A stretch of 64,000 nucleotides of DNA from Octopus sinensis. Taxonomy: Eukaryota. The stretch's first letter is position 1. Each line of letters starts with the position of its first letter. A program made the translations under genes and the position numbers. The stretch is from positions 15,624,001 through 15,688,000 of the forward strand of contig NC_043012.1 in assembly GCF_006345805.1 (NCBI RefSeq). The letters run 5' to 3'. Shown in pieces: positions 25,561-40,037 of this stretch. The notes under the pieces are model-generated. The model ran no database searches and was not told the origin of the DNA. It was given only the letters and a program-made list of their open reading frames with translations.

Positions 25561-26145
25561 GGTTCTAATCTGATTTGGTAAGGTTTCTACAGCTGGATGC
25601 CCTTCCTAATGCCAACCACTCTGAGAGTGTAGTGGGTGTCTTTTATGTGCCACCGGCATGAGTGCCACTGACACTGGCATCGGCCACAATTATGGTCTCA
25701 CTTGGTTTGATAGGTCAACACAAATATGGTATATGTATATATATGTATATATATACGTGTGTATGTTTTATTTGTTTCAGTCATTTGACTGTGGCAATAC
25801 TGGTGCACTGCCTTTAGTCGATCAAATTGATCCTAGGGCTTATCCCTTGTAAGCCTAGTACTTATTCTATCAGCTCTTTTGCTGAACTGCTAAGTTATGG
25901 GGACGTAAACACTCCAAATTCAGTTATCAAGCGATGCTGGGGGCACAAACACAGGCACACAAACATATACATATATACAACGGGATTCTTTCAGTTTCTG
26001 TCTCCCAAATCATGCCTTGAACACATGACTGAAATATTTACCACTGAAGAGAAAATCAAATTTACTTAAATCAAATTACTTTACCTGTAAACTTGTTGTT
26101 TAAAAGCTATTAAAATAGTCCTGTTTATTTCTTTTTGTGCTGTAG

Positions 26146-26291
26146 TTTTCAACAATATCTGAGTCCACCATTACAAGTTTTGATTGCAACGTTGAGTGAT
26201 AAGAAAACAGAAAGTGCCCAGAATGCAGAAATCTGTATCAACTATGAAATGGTTCGATTGAACCATGCAACACTTACAGAGAAGTCTGCAG
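26146..26291 (+). CDS. Tudor-domain protein, exon E
   Basis: Acceptor tttgtgctgtag|; encodes FQQYLSPPLQVLIA...CINYEMVRLNHA (end of extended Tudor fold); donor G|GTAGGG; phase consistent. Confidence 0.8.
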
Positions 26292-26459
26292 GTAGGGTGT
26301 CAAATGCTACGTTTTGCTACTTACAGATTGTCTCATGTATGTACTGCTGTTCATATGCAAACCCTCTCACTCACTCATACATACTCACATACGCACACAC
26401 ACACACGCATGCATGCACACACACACACGCATGCATGAACACACACACATCATCATCTA

Positions 26460-26740
26460 TGGAGGTCCTGTTGCTGGATGCCTGTATCCCTGGAGATTAC
26501 ATCAGGGTAGGAGAGTGTGCACCCTCTGGTATCGTGAGCAGATGGCTTCCAGAGGAGAAGAGTAGAAATTACCTTGTTTTCAGCTCTACAACAATGTCCA
26601 GCAAACTGGACTCTTCTACCTTTCACAAGAGATGATACAGGTGGTAATTTCTTCCCATATATTTGTACTTTGGTTGGATGACGCTTCCATGAGAGATTTT
26701 GAGCTCTCATGAGGAGGTGAGTGTAAGTGTGTTGTAGGAA
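26460..26740 (-). mobile_element. RTE/RTEX-like LINE C-terminal fragment
   Basis: RRVQFAGHCCRA...LLLWKPS...LSYPDVISRD. Confidence 0.65.
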
Positions 26741-27843
26741 CATTCACACATACCACATACGCAAATAAATGTCTCACTGATCATACAAGCATCTTTTACT
26801 GCATATCTTTTACCATATCTTCTACCTGTTTCAGTCATTGGACTGTTGCCATGCCGGGGCACTGCCTTGAAGGGTCACAGCTTTGGAGGGTCACTGCCTT
26901 GAAGGGTCACTGCTTTGAAGCATCTACTACTGTAGCTTCTGGTGGACAATACCATCATATGGCATAGGCAGTGCCATTATAAGGCATAGGCACACTGTGC
27001 AGTTAATCAGGGGCCTCCTAGGTCTAGGGGCTCAATTCTGATCTATGTGTACTGTGGATTGCTGTCTAAAACTAAATACTATTGAGGTTGCTGTACTGAT
27101 TTACTCAGGGGCTTATGATGCTGCTAAGATGGCTCTGCTTGCAGGTGAAATCGGTAGAAGGGAACTGTATGAAAGCCTATGTGTGTGTATCATCATCAAC
27201 ATCATCATCATCATCATCATCATCATTTAACATCTGTTTTCCATGCTGGCATGGGTCGAAATTTTGACAGGAGCTGGCAACCCAGAGGACTGCACCATGC
27301 TCCAGTTGTCTGCTTAGGCATGGTTCTTACAGCTGGATGCCCTTCCAAATGTCAGCCATTTTTACAGTGTGGACTGGATGCTTTTTATGCGGCACCATTT
27401 ATCACCATCATCATCATTGTCATTTTGCTGTCTACTTTTCAAACCTTGCATGGGACAGATGAAATTTTAGGCAGGTGGCACGTAAAAAGCACCCACTACA
27501 CTCTCGGAGTGGTTGGCATTAGGAAGGGCATCCAGCTGTAGAAACTCTGCCAAATCAAGATTGGAGCCTGGTGCAGCCATCTGGTTCGCCTGTCCTCGAT
27601 TCAAATCGTCCAACCCATGCTAGCATGGAAAGCAGACGTTAAACGATGATGTTGATGATGATGATGATGATATCTATACACACATATATTCATATACATA
27701 CATACATGCAGAAACAAGCATTACAACTTATTTTCTCATTCATAAGATATGTAATAAGGCCTACCTGTTATTGGATTTCTCTTCGTTAATCTAGACCTGT
27801 ATTTGCTGAGTTGTCTTTCTTATACCATTTTATTTCTTTATAG

Positions 27844-27948
27844 AACTGGAACTGCTCAACTGGGATCCAATGTCTGTAGATTATACCTCACGGCGGAATC
27901 GGTATGAAATTAATGTTGATGATGCTCAGATTGCCACACAAGGATTCA
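27844..27948 (+). CDS. Tudor-domain protein, exon F (gene continues; next exon not found)
   Basis: Acceptor tttctttatag|; encodes ELELLNWDPMSVDYTSRRNRYEINVDDAQIATQGF; strong donor A|GTAAGT; phase 1 matches exon E. Confidence 0.75.
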
Positions 27949-28114
27949 GTAAGTTCATAGTTAATTAGTTCCTTTCCTTTATTCTCTCTCATATTTTCAT
28001 TTATAATTACAGCCAAAACTCTGTCTTTACTAGATTTTTTTCAGGATTTATTTTGTGTTGGAAGCTACATTAATCCTAGTAACAGTTTCAGCAACAATAT
28101 ATTTTTATATCGCA

Positions 28115-28470
28115 GATGCTAGAATAAGAATACCCTGGACAGAGTTCAGAGAGCTCCTACCTCTGCTGGTAACAAAGGGCCCCTCTCTCAGAGTTAGAAG
28201 TAGACTGTATGATGCATGTGCATGAACAGCCATGCTACATGGCAGTGAAACATGGGTTGTGACTGCTGAGGACATGCATAAGCTTGCAAGAAATGAAGCC
28301 AGTATGCTCCGCTGGATGTGTAATGTCAGTGTGCATACATGACGGAGTGTAAGCGCCCTGAGAGAAAAGTTGGATTTAAGAAGCATCAGATGTGGTGTGC
28401 AAGAGAGACGACTGCGGTGGTATGGTCATGTGTTGCAAATGAATGAGGACAGCTGTGTGAAAAGTGGCAC
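28115..28470 (+). mobile_element. RTE LINE fragment
   Basis: High identity to 22240-22590. Confidence 0.9.
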
Positions 28471-28479
28471 AAATGTTGC

Positions 28480-28920
28480 TGTGCAGCAGTAGCAGATGAA
28501 TTCAGTTTGCATCCATTATCCTGCAACTCTAGCATGGTCTGATTTCCCATGACACACCCCTCTGAATGACATAATCAGGAGGGTCTTTATGCGGCTGGCT
28601 TCCCGTCTCAACTTGAGTCAGCAGGTCTTGGCCACAGGAATGGTAAGCACCATGGTGGAATAATTATCTTCCCATTCCAGGGAGGCAGATCTCTATTCTG
28701 GGACATGATATGCAGCGACATGTTATGCAGCTGCAACCTTGCAGCATTGACTGCAAACCCGGGGGCTTGGTTGGTCACTATCAGTTTGTGCCAGTTACGG
28801 TTGAAATGTCAGGTGTTCTAGGACACTATACTACCGATTTCTTCTGCAAAATAGGGATAACAGTGAACTGTCAGAGAAATAAGCCCCACGAGGTGGAGTG
28901 CCTGTCGCAGAGAATGTGCT
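28480..28920 (+). mobile_element. Degraded restriction-like endonuclease domain of a CRE/R2-superclade non-LTR element
   Basis: Frameshifted translation LHPLSC...H..LNDIIRR...AGFPSQLESAGL...GKHHGGIIIFPFQGGRSLFWD...HYQFVPVTVEMSGVLG resembles the CCHC + RPD...WD...E RLE motif series. Confidence 0.6.
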
Positions 28921-30011
28921 GGCATTCTCCATGTCAACACCAACATGGTCAATACAACACAGCACAGCTGAGCACTCCACTTGTTCTGGGATATGTGACC
29001 CATTGCCTCCCCCTCCATCTTCTGCTGTTTTACTTCCACCCTCTCTTTTCTTTTTCTTTCCTTTTCTTATCTCTCTTTTTTACTGTTTTTTTTTGTTTAT
29101 GTAATTAAATATTATAAATAAAATGCAGCACTTACGAGGGGATGCAGAAAAGTCCCTGGCTTTAAGGGTTTTGCAAAAGGCCTGATTGCAGGCCCAACAT
29201 TCTGAGATCTTTTATAAGGCTTAGAAAAACTGAAGGACATTGTAATAAGTGTGTGAATCTGAGAGTGGAATATGGTGAATAAAATCATAATTAAGTGATC
29301 CTCCTGTATGGGGGAACTTTTCAGCAATCCCTCAGACATCATCAAAAGATTGGCCAACTAACAGACCATTTTATTTCTGCTTAATAATGCTCAAAATTTG
29401 GAAACAGAATGCATCATTAAGAAATCTTTGAGAAGAATTGACACACAAAACTTCTGTGATAAAGCTTTTCATAGTTAAGTGATAGCATCTGTTAATTATT
29501 CTATTAGTTTCATATCAGTTTCAAGGACACAAATAATTTTGGGATGAGAATGTTTATTCATTTTATGGTTATCGTAAATAACTTCCTGAATCCAATGTCA
29601 GTTTGTGTTTATGAGATATAGTTTAATAATTATCATCATCATCATCATCATTTAACATCTGCCTTCCATGTTGGCATGGGGTGGATGGTTTGACAGGAGC
29701 CACTTCCTTCAACACGACACCCTACTCAGTTGAGTGGGTGTCTCTCTCTTGTGAATTATTTGGTAATCTGACTGGTGCTGGTGCCACATAAAAGCACTCA
29801 GTATACTCTCTCATGTGACTGGCATCAGGAAGAGCATCCAGCTGTAAAAATCATGCCAAAGCAGATACTGGAGCTTGGCTCAGTCTACTGGCCCAACAAC
29901 TCCTGTTGAACCATCCAACCCATGCCAGCATGGAAAATGGATCTTAAATGACGGTGATGATATTGAGCCTATTTTGCTGGGATCACAGTTTCACTTGTAG
30001 AGATATATGAA

Positions 30012-30243
30012 GGCGGTGAGCTGGCAGAAACCTTAGCATGCCAGGCGAAATGCTTAGTGGTATTTCGTTTGCCGTTACGTTCTGAGTTCAAATTCCGCCG
30101 AGGTCAACTTTGCCTTTCATCCTTTCGGGGTCGATAAATTAAGTACCAGTTGCATACTGGGGTCGATGTAATCGATTTAATCCCTTTTTCTGTCCTTGTT
30201 TGTCCCCTCTACATTTAGCCCCTTGTTGGCAATAAAGAAATAA
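30012..30243 (+). mobile_element. SINE family B, representative copy (others at ~11030, 14715, 16460, 36590, 38445, 39250, 54820, 55380)
   Basis: Head ggcggtgagctggcagaa, B-box-like gagttcaaattcc, core gcctttcatcctttcggggtcgataaa; approximate target duplication agag(a/g)tatatgaa. Confidence 0.88.
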
Positions 30244-30677
30244 GAGGTATATGAACCACAGGGTGGACACTACCAGGATGTTCAAGGCTGTGCTGAACAG
30301 TGAGTTACTGTGTGGAAACCATGAAAGAGAGCTTCCCTAAACTCCCTTATATCTTAATGGAATGGATAGCCTGTCTGTAATTGGACGGGTAAACACAGTG
30401 ACCAAACACAAAACTGGCAGAAAGTTATAATAAAAGACTAAGACTAAATTGATGCAAGATGAAAAGTTACTAAAAACTGGAGCAAGATCCTCTCTACCAT
30501 ACCTGCCATGAAAGAGAAAATTATAATTTATTATTTTTTTCATCTTTTATCTGGGGCCATGCAGGGCACCACCTTGAAGAATGTAAACAAACCAACACTG
30601 GTTGTCAAGTGGTGATGGGAGCAAATACAGACACAAAGACACACACACAGATATATACATATATATATATATATATA

Positions 30678-30764
<87 letters not shown>

Positions 30765-32397
30765 GCTTCTTTCAGTTTCCATTTACCAAATCCACTCACA
30801 AGGCTTTGGTAGGCTTGAGACTATAGTAGAAGACACTTGCTCTAGGTGCCATGGAATAGGACTGAACCCAGAACTATGTGGTTGGGAAGCAAGCATCTTA
30901 CCACACAACCATGCCTCATTCCTTTTCTCTTATCAAGTCTTACACTCTTGTGAGTGATCTTTTACCTTTTACTCATTTTAGTCATTGGACTGTGGCCATG
31001 CTGGGGCACCGCATTTATGGGTTTTAGTTGAACAACTTGACCCCAGCACTTATTTTTCTTTTTAAAGTTCAGTATACTATCTAACTCTATATGCTGAACT
31101 GCTAAATTGCAGAGACATAAACAAACCAACGTTGGTTGTCAAGCTTTGGTGGATGGCAAACCCAGTCATGTTAATAGCCTGCTCCAGTAAGTTTTGCACA
31201 AACCATATTGGTCTAGAAAAATGGAAATATTATTGATGATGATGATGATGACAGCAACGGCGGCACAGCTACCATTGTTGTCATTGTCATTTTCGTCATC
31301 ACATTGGCATCCATATTTCCATGCTAGTAAGGCCTGGACAAAACATATTGAGGCAGACTTTATAACATGCCTATGGCAGCAGCAGTGCATGATGATGATG
31401 ATGATGATGATGATTCTGTCTTTCTTTTACATCCTCAACTCCCAGTGTTATCGCAGGGACTACATCATATATCATCATCATCATCATCATCGTTTAACGT
31501 CCAGTTTCCATTAAACGATATGTCATAGGATGTGTCATATAATATATGACATATCCTAAGTATCTAAACCTGACTCACCCCAACCACCTCTAAGTCTGGC
31601 TACGGCCAATATCTTCCAGGAGGAAGGAGAGAGAACAAAAATTAAGCCCAGTTCTGGATTAGTTCTTTATTTATTAACCATGAAAGGGATGAAAACTAAA
31701 GTCTATCTTGCTTGGGTTTGAACTCAGAAACTGGAATGATTGCTTCAAAGTACTCTATCAACTCTGCCAACTCACCTAATTCACACACACACACACACAC
31801 ATGTGGATATATCTCTCGTGTATTTGTGTCTGACATGCATGCATGTGTGTGTATGTTGTCACTGTGTGTGTTTGCGTTAGTCGCCATCTGGTGGACATTG
31901 TCTACATCCCTCATAAACATTAAAGTGTGGAAACGTGGCGTGGGGAAACGTGAAATAAATAGCTTACTTGTAAACAAGTAAGGGTTGGCATTGTCAAGGT
32001 CATCTGGCCATAGAACACTACCTCAGTAAGCCTTGTCCAACCCACCTACCCACCTACGAGGGAAGAAACTGCATATAAAAATGATGTCATTGATGATGAT
32101 GACGATGATGATGATATGTGTCTCTTTCTCTCACGCTCTCTCTCTTTCATACATGTACACACATTTAGAGCTTTCTTTATTTAACAGTCTTGCCTTTATT
32201 TTCTCTCACTTGCATTCGTATAGAACGTTATATAAAGGACACACTCATTAATGTCTTTTTAAAATTACTTTCCCTCTCTCTCTCTCTCTCTCTCTCTCTA
32301 CCACCCACATACTAACCTAAAGAGATAACAAACTACAACTTGAAAATCAATGCAAATAACAATATTGGTGTTCATGGGTAAATAATGGTTTTGTGTA

Positions 32398-32455
<58 letters not shown>

Positions 32456-32542
32456 AGCTCTTACGCTCATGCATATATACATACACATGTACATACATTT
32501 ATACATATATATGGATAACTGATATAAGTGTATATATCTATA

Positions 32543-32578
<36 letters not shown>

Positions 32579-32679
32579 TATCTATCTATCTATCTATCTA
32601 TATATATATATGGTTATTTTTATATATACAATTTATGTTAATATATGTAGTATATATTCTCTTTAGCTCATCTTCACAC

Positions 32680-32720
<41 letters not shown>

Positions 32721-34207
32721 TGTGAAGATGGGTTAAAGAGAATATCAATAAATACCATTATGGTGAATGGCAATTGTTCCACCACCAACGCATGCCTACT
32801 TAACCATATGAGTGGGCAGTGGTTGTAGGAGTGAGCAGTGATGCTGGTGGTTGTGGATCACAATAGAATATATTGATGGTGGAGTGGTTTGAGAAAGAAA
32901 TAGACAATATGGCCTTGTGAGAGTAATGACAGTCATATGCGGAAGATAGTAATATTAAAAAAAGTAGGATAAAAACTGGTGATGGCCATGTTGCAAGTTG
33001 TTATTTAACTTCAGTCAGCTCTCACTGAGCAGATCTTTGATCAACAGTATACAAGCTGTGACCATCCTTGTTTTATTTTTCATGCTTAATGTTTCAAATG
33101 CATCATTCCGTTATTTGATATGATAAGATGTATTTTCTCGAGGGTGATTTGCCTGCTATTTCAACCAAGTTAAGTGACCATGTACAGCTGTCTATGGAAG
33201 GTCTTTATGGAAGGTCTGCCCATTTTTGTAGATCTCAGCAAACTAACTTACTCAGCCTCATCTCTTTCATCATCATTATCGTCATCATTGCCACTTCAGC
33301 CACTGCCATCATCATCATCATTGTTTAACGTCCGCGTTCCATGCTAGCATGGGTTGGATGATTTGAATGAGGTCTGGCAAACCAGATGGCTGCACCAGAC
33401 TCCAATCTTGATCTGGCAGAGTTTCTAAGGCTGGATGCACTTCCTAACACCAAGCACTCCGAGAGTGTAGTGGGTGCTTTTTACGGGCCACCGGCATGAG
33501 GGCCAGTCAGGCGGTACTGGCAACGGCCATGCTCAAATGGTGCTTTTTATGTGCCACCTGCACAGGAGCCAGTCCAGTGGCATTGGCAACAACCTTGCTC
33601 AAATGTTTTTTCACGTGCCACCAGCACAAGTGCCAGTAAGGCGACGCTGGTAACAATCACACTTGAATGGTGTTTTTAACGTGCCATCGGCTTGGAGGCC
33701 AGCTTGTTGCTCTGGCAACATTCTCACTCATCATTTAATATCTGTTCTCTCTGCTGGTATGGGTTGGATGGTTTGACAAGAACTGGCAAGCCAGAGGGCT
33801 ACACCAGTTGTCTGTTTTGGCATGGTTTCTACAGGTGGATGCCCTTCCTAATGCCAACCACTTTACAGAGTGTACTGGTCGCTTTTACACGGCACCAGTA
33901 CCCATGGGGATCATGTACATTTAAATAAATTGTAATAATAAACAAAAAAAAAAATTTCTTTTCCAATCCGTCTGTTACGATATTTCTGTTGAAATATACT
34001 GCCTTTGTTTCAGTTACAAAGAGTTGAATAAAACTTTGTTATTGCTAAACTGGTGTCTGGGACATCAATTGACATTGATTTTTGGAAGGTTTTAATTTAG
34101 ATCACAATTTAAAACAGGAAGTGTTTTTTTTTCTTAGAATCAGGGCTGGTATTAAAAAGGTCAGTAAATCAGTTGATGTTATTTTGATCAAAAAGTAGCT
34201 TCAGTTA

Positions 34208-34946
34208 CCGTAAATCCTCAAGTATAGTCCGTCCTTGAGTATAATACACAGGGGATTTTTAGGGGGTTGTACCTCTGAAAAACCTAAACCTTGTGTATAA
34301 TATGCACCCCTTCTCTAACTTGAGTCGTGCGTAATTAAGCCAGCAGCACCTAGTCGAACAAACACTTCTGCGCATGCATAATACAACAATGATGATGTTC
34401 TTAACTGTTATATGGGAATGTAAATATGTTTGCAAATTGTTTTTGTTACATGTTATTCTGTGTTCTGAATACTTTTATTTTAGTAAATGTTGATTACTGC
34501 AAGTTATGGATGATTCTTTTATGCCTTTATTGCTTTAAAGCTTAGCTTAACCCTTTCATTACCAACCCGGCTGAAACTAGCTCTGAGTACAAATGACTTG
34601 TTTTTATAAGTTTTGAATTAAAATCTTCCACCAAACTTTAGTCACAATTTATGTTCCTAACACTAGCTGAATGATAACTAAGTTATTTTACTAAATTCCT
34701 TGTTATATTTAAAGAAATTGAAAGAAACACAGAACATCTCAAAATAAATATGGTAACGAAAGGGTTAATGTATTTTCGTACCCGACATCACAAAATGCAT
34801 CTGAATAAACATTGCCGGACAGCAAATAGAAATCGGACATTGCTTAGAAAATAATTCTCATTTTTAACCTCGTATATAGTATTCACTAGGGATTTTGATC
34901 TTTAAATTTTTGGAATAAAATGCGGATTATACTCGAGGATTTATGG
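34208..34946. mobile_element. Same MITE family, interrupted by a piggyBac-like MITE
   Basis: TIRs ccgtaaatcctc / gaggatttatgg; homology to 10337-10849. Confidence 0.85.
34551..34764. mobile_element. piggyBac-like MITE
   Basis: TTAA|CCCTTTC...GAAAGGG|TTAA; second copy at 58626-58847. Confidence 0.85.
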
Positions 34947-35605
34947 TATTTCAAATTTCAGTGAAAATCATCCAACAGCTAACTACTTAATAATATTATG
35001 TATAAAGTTATAACTTTAGCATTACTAGATCTATATATCTGCTTATTTAGCAAAGTAAGATACTCAGTATTTTGTGGAGTGATTGATCTCTTTTCTTTTC
35101 AATTACATTTTTACAACAAGCTCTCATCTGCTTTTATTGATGTCGTGGTGGTGGTGGGGTGTCACCAACATCCATTTGTGCGCTGCTCGTACGTTTAATC
35201 TGTTTACTTACCTTGTCAGTTCTTTACTTTTTATTTCAAAACCCACCTCCAAAGCTGTATGAGAGAATAGTTTGTAATGTGTGTATGTGTGGGGGTGTAA
35301 TGTATATACACATCCATCCACTCACTCACTCCCTCTCACCCCCCCAGGTGTGTGTGTGTCTGTATATACGTGTGTGTATTATATATTTGTGTGTGTATAT
35401 ATATATATATGTATACATACACACACACTCTCACATGCACATGTGAATATTTACAGATGTGTTTGGGAATGTCCACACACACACACACATTTCATACAAA
35501 TGAATTTATATCAACATCAATATTTTCTTGTTTCCTTGAATCCTAATTAATGTCTCATCCTTGTTGTCTTTGTTATCATCCACACCTCTTATTATCATTA
35601 TCATC

Positions 35606-35668
<63 letters not shown>

Positions 35669-37330
35669 GTTATTTAATGATCTTCCATTTGGCTTGGTGT
35701 GTATTCTATTTGGTTTAATGTATAGGTCTCAGTGGTTTCTCATTCAATAACACTTCAAAAGTAGCTGTTTCTATTCAGTAAATTATAAATCAAACTATTA
35801 TATCTTCCATCTCCCAGCTTGCTTAATCTATGATTTATTATAATCTTCAATTCTGTTTTTCTTTGGCTGAGTTCTCTTTGAGCTTTGGGCCTCACAGAAG
35901 CAAAGGGGCTGAGTTCCTTTCAAGTGTTGAGCCTCACGTAGGCAGAGTGGCTGAGCTCCTTTTGAACGTTGGGCCTCACAGAGACAATGACTGAGAACTT
36001 TGGCATTATATCATGCTTGAGAAGACTGATCAAGCCAAGCAAAATCTCAGTTGTGGCAGATACTGGTGTTGCACAAATGGCATCCATGCCTGTGGCATGT
36101 AAAAGCACCTGTTACACTCACGGAGTGGTTGGCATTAGGAAGGGCATCCAGCCATAGAAAACCATACTAATTCAGACTGAAGTCTGGTGCAGCCTCCCAG
36201 CTTACCAACCCTGGTCAAACCGTCCAACCCATGACAGCATGGACAACAGATCTTAAATGATGATGATGATAATGATGATTTCTATTTGAAAAGTAGACGA
36301 GACCTTTGTTTAAATACAAGCAATATTTTTTCGAGCAGAGGACTTTATTAGATGATATTCATCATAAATTGAACCTCATCACTAAAACAATAATTTAACA
36401 TACTTCATACCCATCCATACCACTTCTCTTTTATTCATCTTCCTCTAATTTTAGAGTCCATCCTGTCTCATATTCACCACCATTCTCTTTCTTTTTCAAC
36501 TGGGGTAACCATGTTTCTTCCTTACAGCCAGACCCCGTTTCTGTCCTTCAAACATAACTCTCATCACCTGGAATAAAGATACTTCTTTATTTCTTGATTG
36601 CCCACAAAGGGCTAAACATAGAGGGGACTAACAAGGACAGACAGGGATTAAGTCGATCACATCGACCCCAGTGTGTAACTGGTACTTAATTTATTGACCC
36701 TGAAAGGATGAAAGGCAAAGTCGACCTCGGCGGAATTTGAACTCAGAACGTAACAGCAGACGAAATACCATTAAGCATTTCACCCAGCATGCTAACGTTT
36801 CTGCCAGCTCCTCACCGCTTAAATAAAGATACTTCCTTCACTACTACTCCCCTACTCTGTTGAGGGGGGTTTTGCTTTGCGTGTTACTCCATCACCTCAT
36901 GAGTGTTGATGCCACATAAAAAGCACCCAGTACACTCTGTGAAGTGGTTGGCATGAGGAAGGGCACCCAGTTGAAACAGAATGAAGGTTGACACAGTCCT
37001 TTAGTTCATCTGCTCTTGTTGTACCATCCAAGCCATCCCGAGATGGAAAATGGTTGTTTGGTCTTAAATCAGTTGGAATCAAGTGGATTTAAGTTCAAGG
37101 TAAACCAGTTGTAATTATCCCTTCTTATTTCCAGACATTGCATGTCTCAGACTATATTCTCCAGTGCATCTGTCCTTTTCCTCTTACAACAGAATAATAT
37201 GATTTGAAGGTGAAAGGTCACTGAACCTGCTACTCTTTAACAGGTTCAGTAACCACATAGAGGCTACCATGTTGATATTATTGTGTGTTTTGGTTCAATA
37301 CTTTACTCTTGATTGTAAACATGAAGTATT

Positions 37331-37377
<47 letters not shown>

Positions 37378-37779
37378 TATAGCTGTGATCATATTTGGTT
37401 GTAAACATAAAAAAGTTGGTGGTGATGGTACCCTCACCCCACCATTATCATCATTATCATTTCACAGCTGTTTGAAAATATAAAATTAACTGCTCTATTT
37501 AAAATTAACTGCTCTATTTATAATTTGCCTTCCTACTCGTCTCATCATACCAGCCATGCTTATCTCAACTTATTTACACACAATATATTCAGGTTAACTT
37601 TAGAATTCATAGCTCATCATAATTAGTTTTAGAATTTTTTTTTCTTTTTACCCTTTCATTGTAATATTTTAAATATCAGTGAAATAGATGTGTAAATTAA
37701 ATGCCAGTTTATTAATTTATTGGTATATAATGTGGTTTGGTATATAAAGTGGTTTTACGGTTTATGCAACTTGAGAATT

Positions 37780-37986
37780 CTATCCAAACAGTCTCTCACT
37801 GACCCCTTTTCTCCACTTGAAGTCGAAATTTGTATCCAGCTCCTGATATTCTGTATATTTGTAATCATAGCCTTTTGAAGAATCGAGATATATTTTGCCA
37901 GAACATGATTCCATAAAAAGCTCAGTGCTTTTAACTGAAGATATTGCTAATAGGCTTTCCACCAAGAACAAGAAAATGAAAAAAGT
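37780..37986 (-). CDS. Putative terminal exon of a small minus-strand gene (possibly secreted)
   Basis: Acceptor attgtttcctacag|; open frame TFFIFLFLVESLLAISS...KWRKGVSERLFG*; two AATAAA signals about 60-70 nt downstream of the stop. Confidence 0.3.
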   Translation of the reverse strand, partial: TFFIFLFLVESLLAISSVKSTELFMESCSGKIYLDSSKGYDYKYTEYQELDTNFDFKWRKGVSERLFG

Positions 37987-38932
37987 CTGTAGGAAACAAT
38001 GACTTTTATTAGAATTAATATCTTATGATTGACCAAGAATGGATATGGTTTTCAAAACCGATACCTAATCAGCTTCATGTTTCACTGATACATACCAAGC
38101 TGCTAAATTTTTTCAAGTGAAAGAAAAAATAGTTCCATGCTATGCAGGTTGAATTAAGTTGGTTATGGATGGAGATGGTCAGTTCATCTAAGTTTGATGG
38201 GTGACCTGCAGCATTTGCTCATGAAAAGCAATGTTTTATTTTCAAGGTTTTTAGCTTGACAATACTTTTAACAGCTGGGCTGAAACACAAAGTACAATAA
38301 TCTTGAAACACTCCTGATGATAGCCTCTGTTATATTTGATTGCCATTAAAAAGCAAGACTAGATTCAGAGTATCCTTTCATTACTCCTGGTGTCTTAGAA
38401 TGATAAATAACTAGTGACTTTGGAGATCTTCTGAAACATTACCTATTTCTTTACTACCCACAAGGGGCTAAACACAGAGGGGACAAATAAAGACAGACAG
38501 ACGGATTAAGTCGATTATATCGACTCCAGTGTGTAACTGGTACTTAATTTATCGACCCTGAAAGGATGAAAGGCAAAGTCGACCTCGGCAGAATTTGAAC
38601 TCAGAACGTAACAGCAGACGAAATACGGCTACGCATTTCGCCCGATGTGCTAACCACTCTGCCAGCTCGCTGCCATCAACTTCTGAAACATTACCACCAA
38701 ATAGGAGAGTTATGTGAGCTGTAGCAGTCTTGAAACTAAGTGCTGTGTTTTCTTTAGAAATGTGCATTTATTCCCAAAGCAGGGCTGTCACTTCTACATT
38801 AAAATAGTATTATGGTGTATGTCACCTTTCATAAATAATATGTTTCATTAAAACTGCTGCAGTTACTTTTGACATCTTTCAAACTCTCCTGTTACCTGTA
38901 GGTGATGCAATTTTGATCAGTGTGTGAAATTT

Positions 38933-38984
<52 letters not shown>

Positions 38985-39676
38985 ATAACATGATGGGCTT
39001 TCATACATTTTTGTCTCTCAAATTCACTCACAAGGCATTGATCAGCTCAGAGCTATGGTGAAAGACACTTAGCCAAGATGCCATGCAGTGGGATTGAACT
39101 CATAAACCACACAGTTGCTAAGCAAGCTTCCAAACCGCACAGCCATGCCAAAGCCTATATACACAAACAAACAGACAGACAGACACACACACACATGCAT
39201 GCGTGCACACACACAACACATACATTCATTATTATATTCAAAATTAAAGCGGTTAGCTGGCAGAGTCGTTAGCACACTGGGCAAAATGTTTAGCAGTATT
39301 CCATCTGTCTTTTATGTTCTGAGTTCAAATTCTGCCAAAGTCGACTTTGCCTTTCATCCTTTTGGAGTCAATAAAATAAGTACCAGTTAAGCACTAGGGG
39401 GTAATCAGCTTACCCCCTTTCCTGAACTTGCTGGCCTTGTGCCAAAATCTGAAACCACTATTATATTTCAGATTCACTACTTCTATCATGTTATCAGTTT
39501 TTCTTCTTTTTAAAGTACATTTACACATTTACTGAGTCAAATGTTTCTTCTTAGCAATGGTAGCAAGCCCTGGTTGCATTTAACATTTTTTAAAACAATC
39601 TTGTCTTTTATTGAGAAAGAAAAGTCCATTCTTTTGTTAACCATTTAGTAATTTACATGCAATCTTTGCACAGCAT

Positions 39677-39720
<44 letters not shown>

Positions 39721-40037
39721 AATATATATAGAACAAATTACATTATCTCAATATCATTCTTTATTGATATTAGATGGGAAGTTATAAAATATTTCTCAGC
39801 TTTCGTTTAACCCTTTTACTATACAAATCAAATGTTTTCTGTAATAATACTTTTGATTTCTATTGTAGTAGACTAAATGTAAGGTGAGAAAGTTTTTTTT
39901 TTGCCATGTCTTCCATTTTTATGGAGATAATGAATAACAGCAATCAACATAATGTCAGAGATTTCTTTAGCTTTTTTTATTGTGCAAAAATCATGTGCAT
40001 GTTATGAGCTTCTTTCTTGAGCAAGAATAAATAAGTA

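Noticed and set aside
26860-26920. Short tandem cactgccttgaagggt repeats (also duplications at ~37480-37520 and ~51374-51410)
   Set aside because: Local slippage duplications with no further structure.
30001-30299. Possible next Tudor exon (acceptor cacttgtag, donor gtgagt)
   Set aside because: Interrupted by a SINE, and the peptide has no recognisable motif.
38275-38327. CTGATGA preceded by ggctGAAA (possible type II hammerhead)
   Set aside because: No stem I adjacent to CUGAUGA and no credible stem III.
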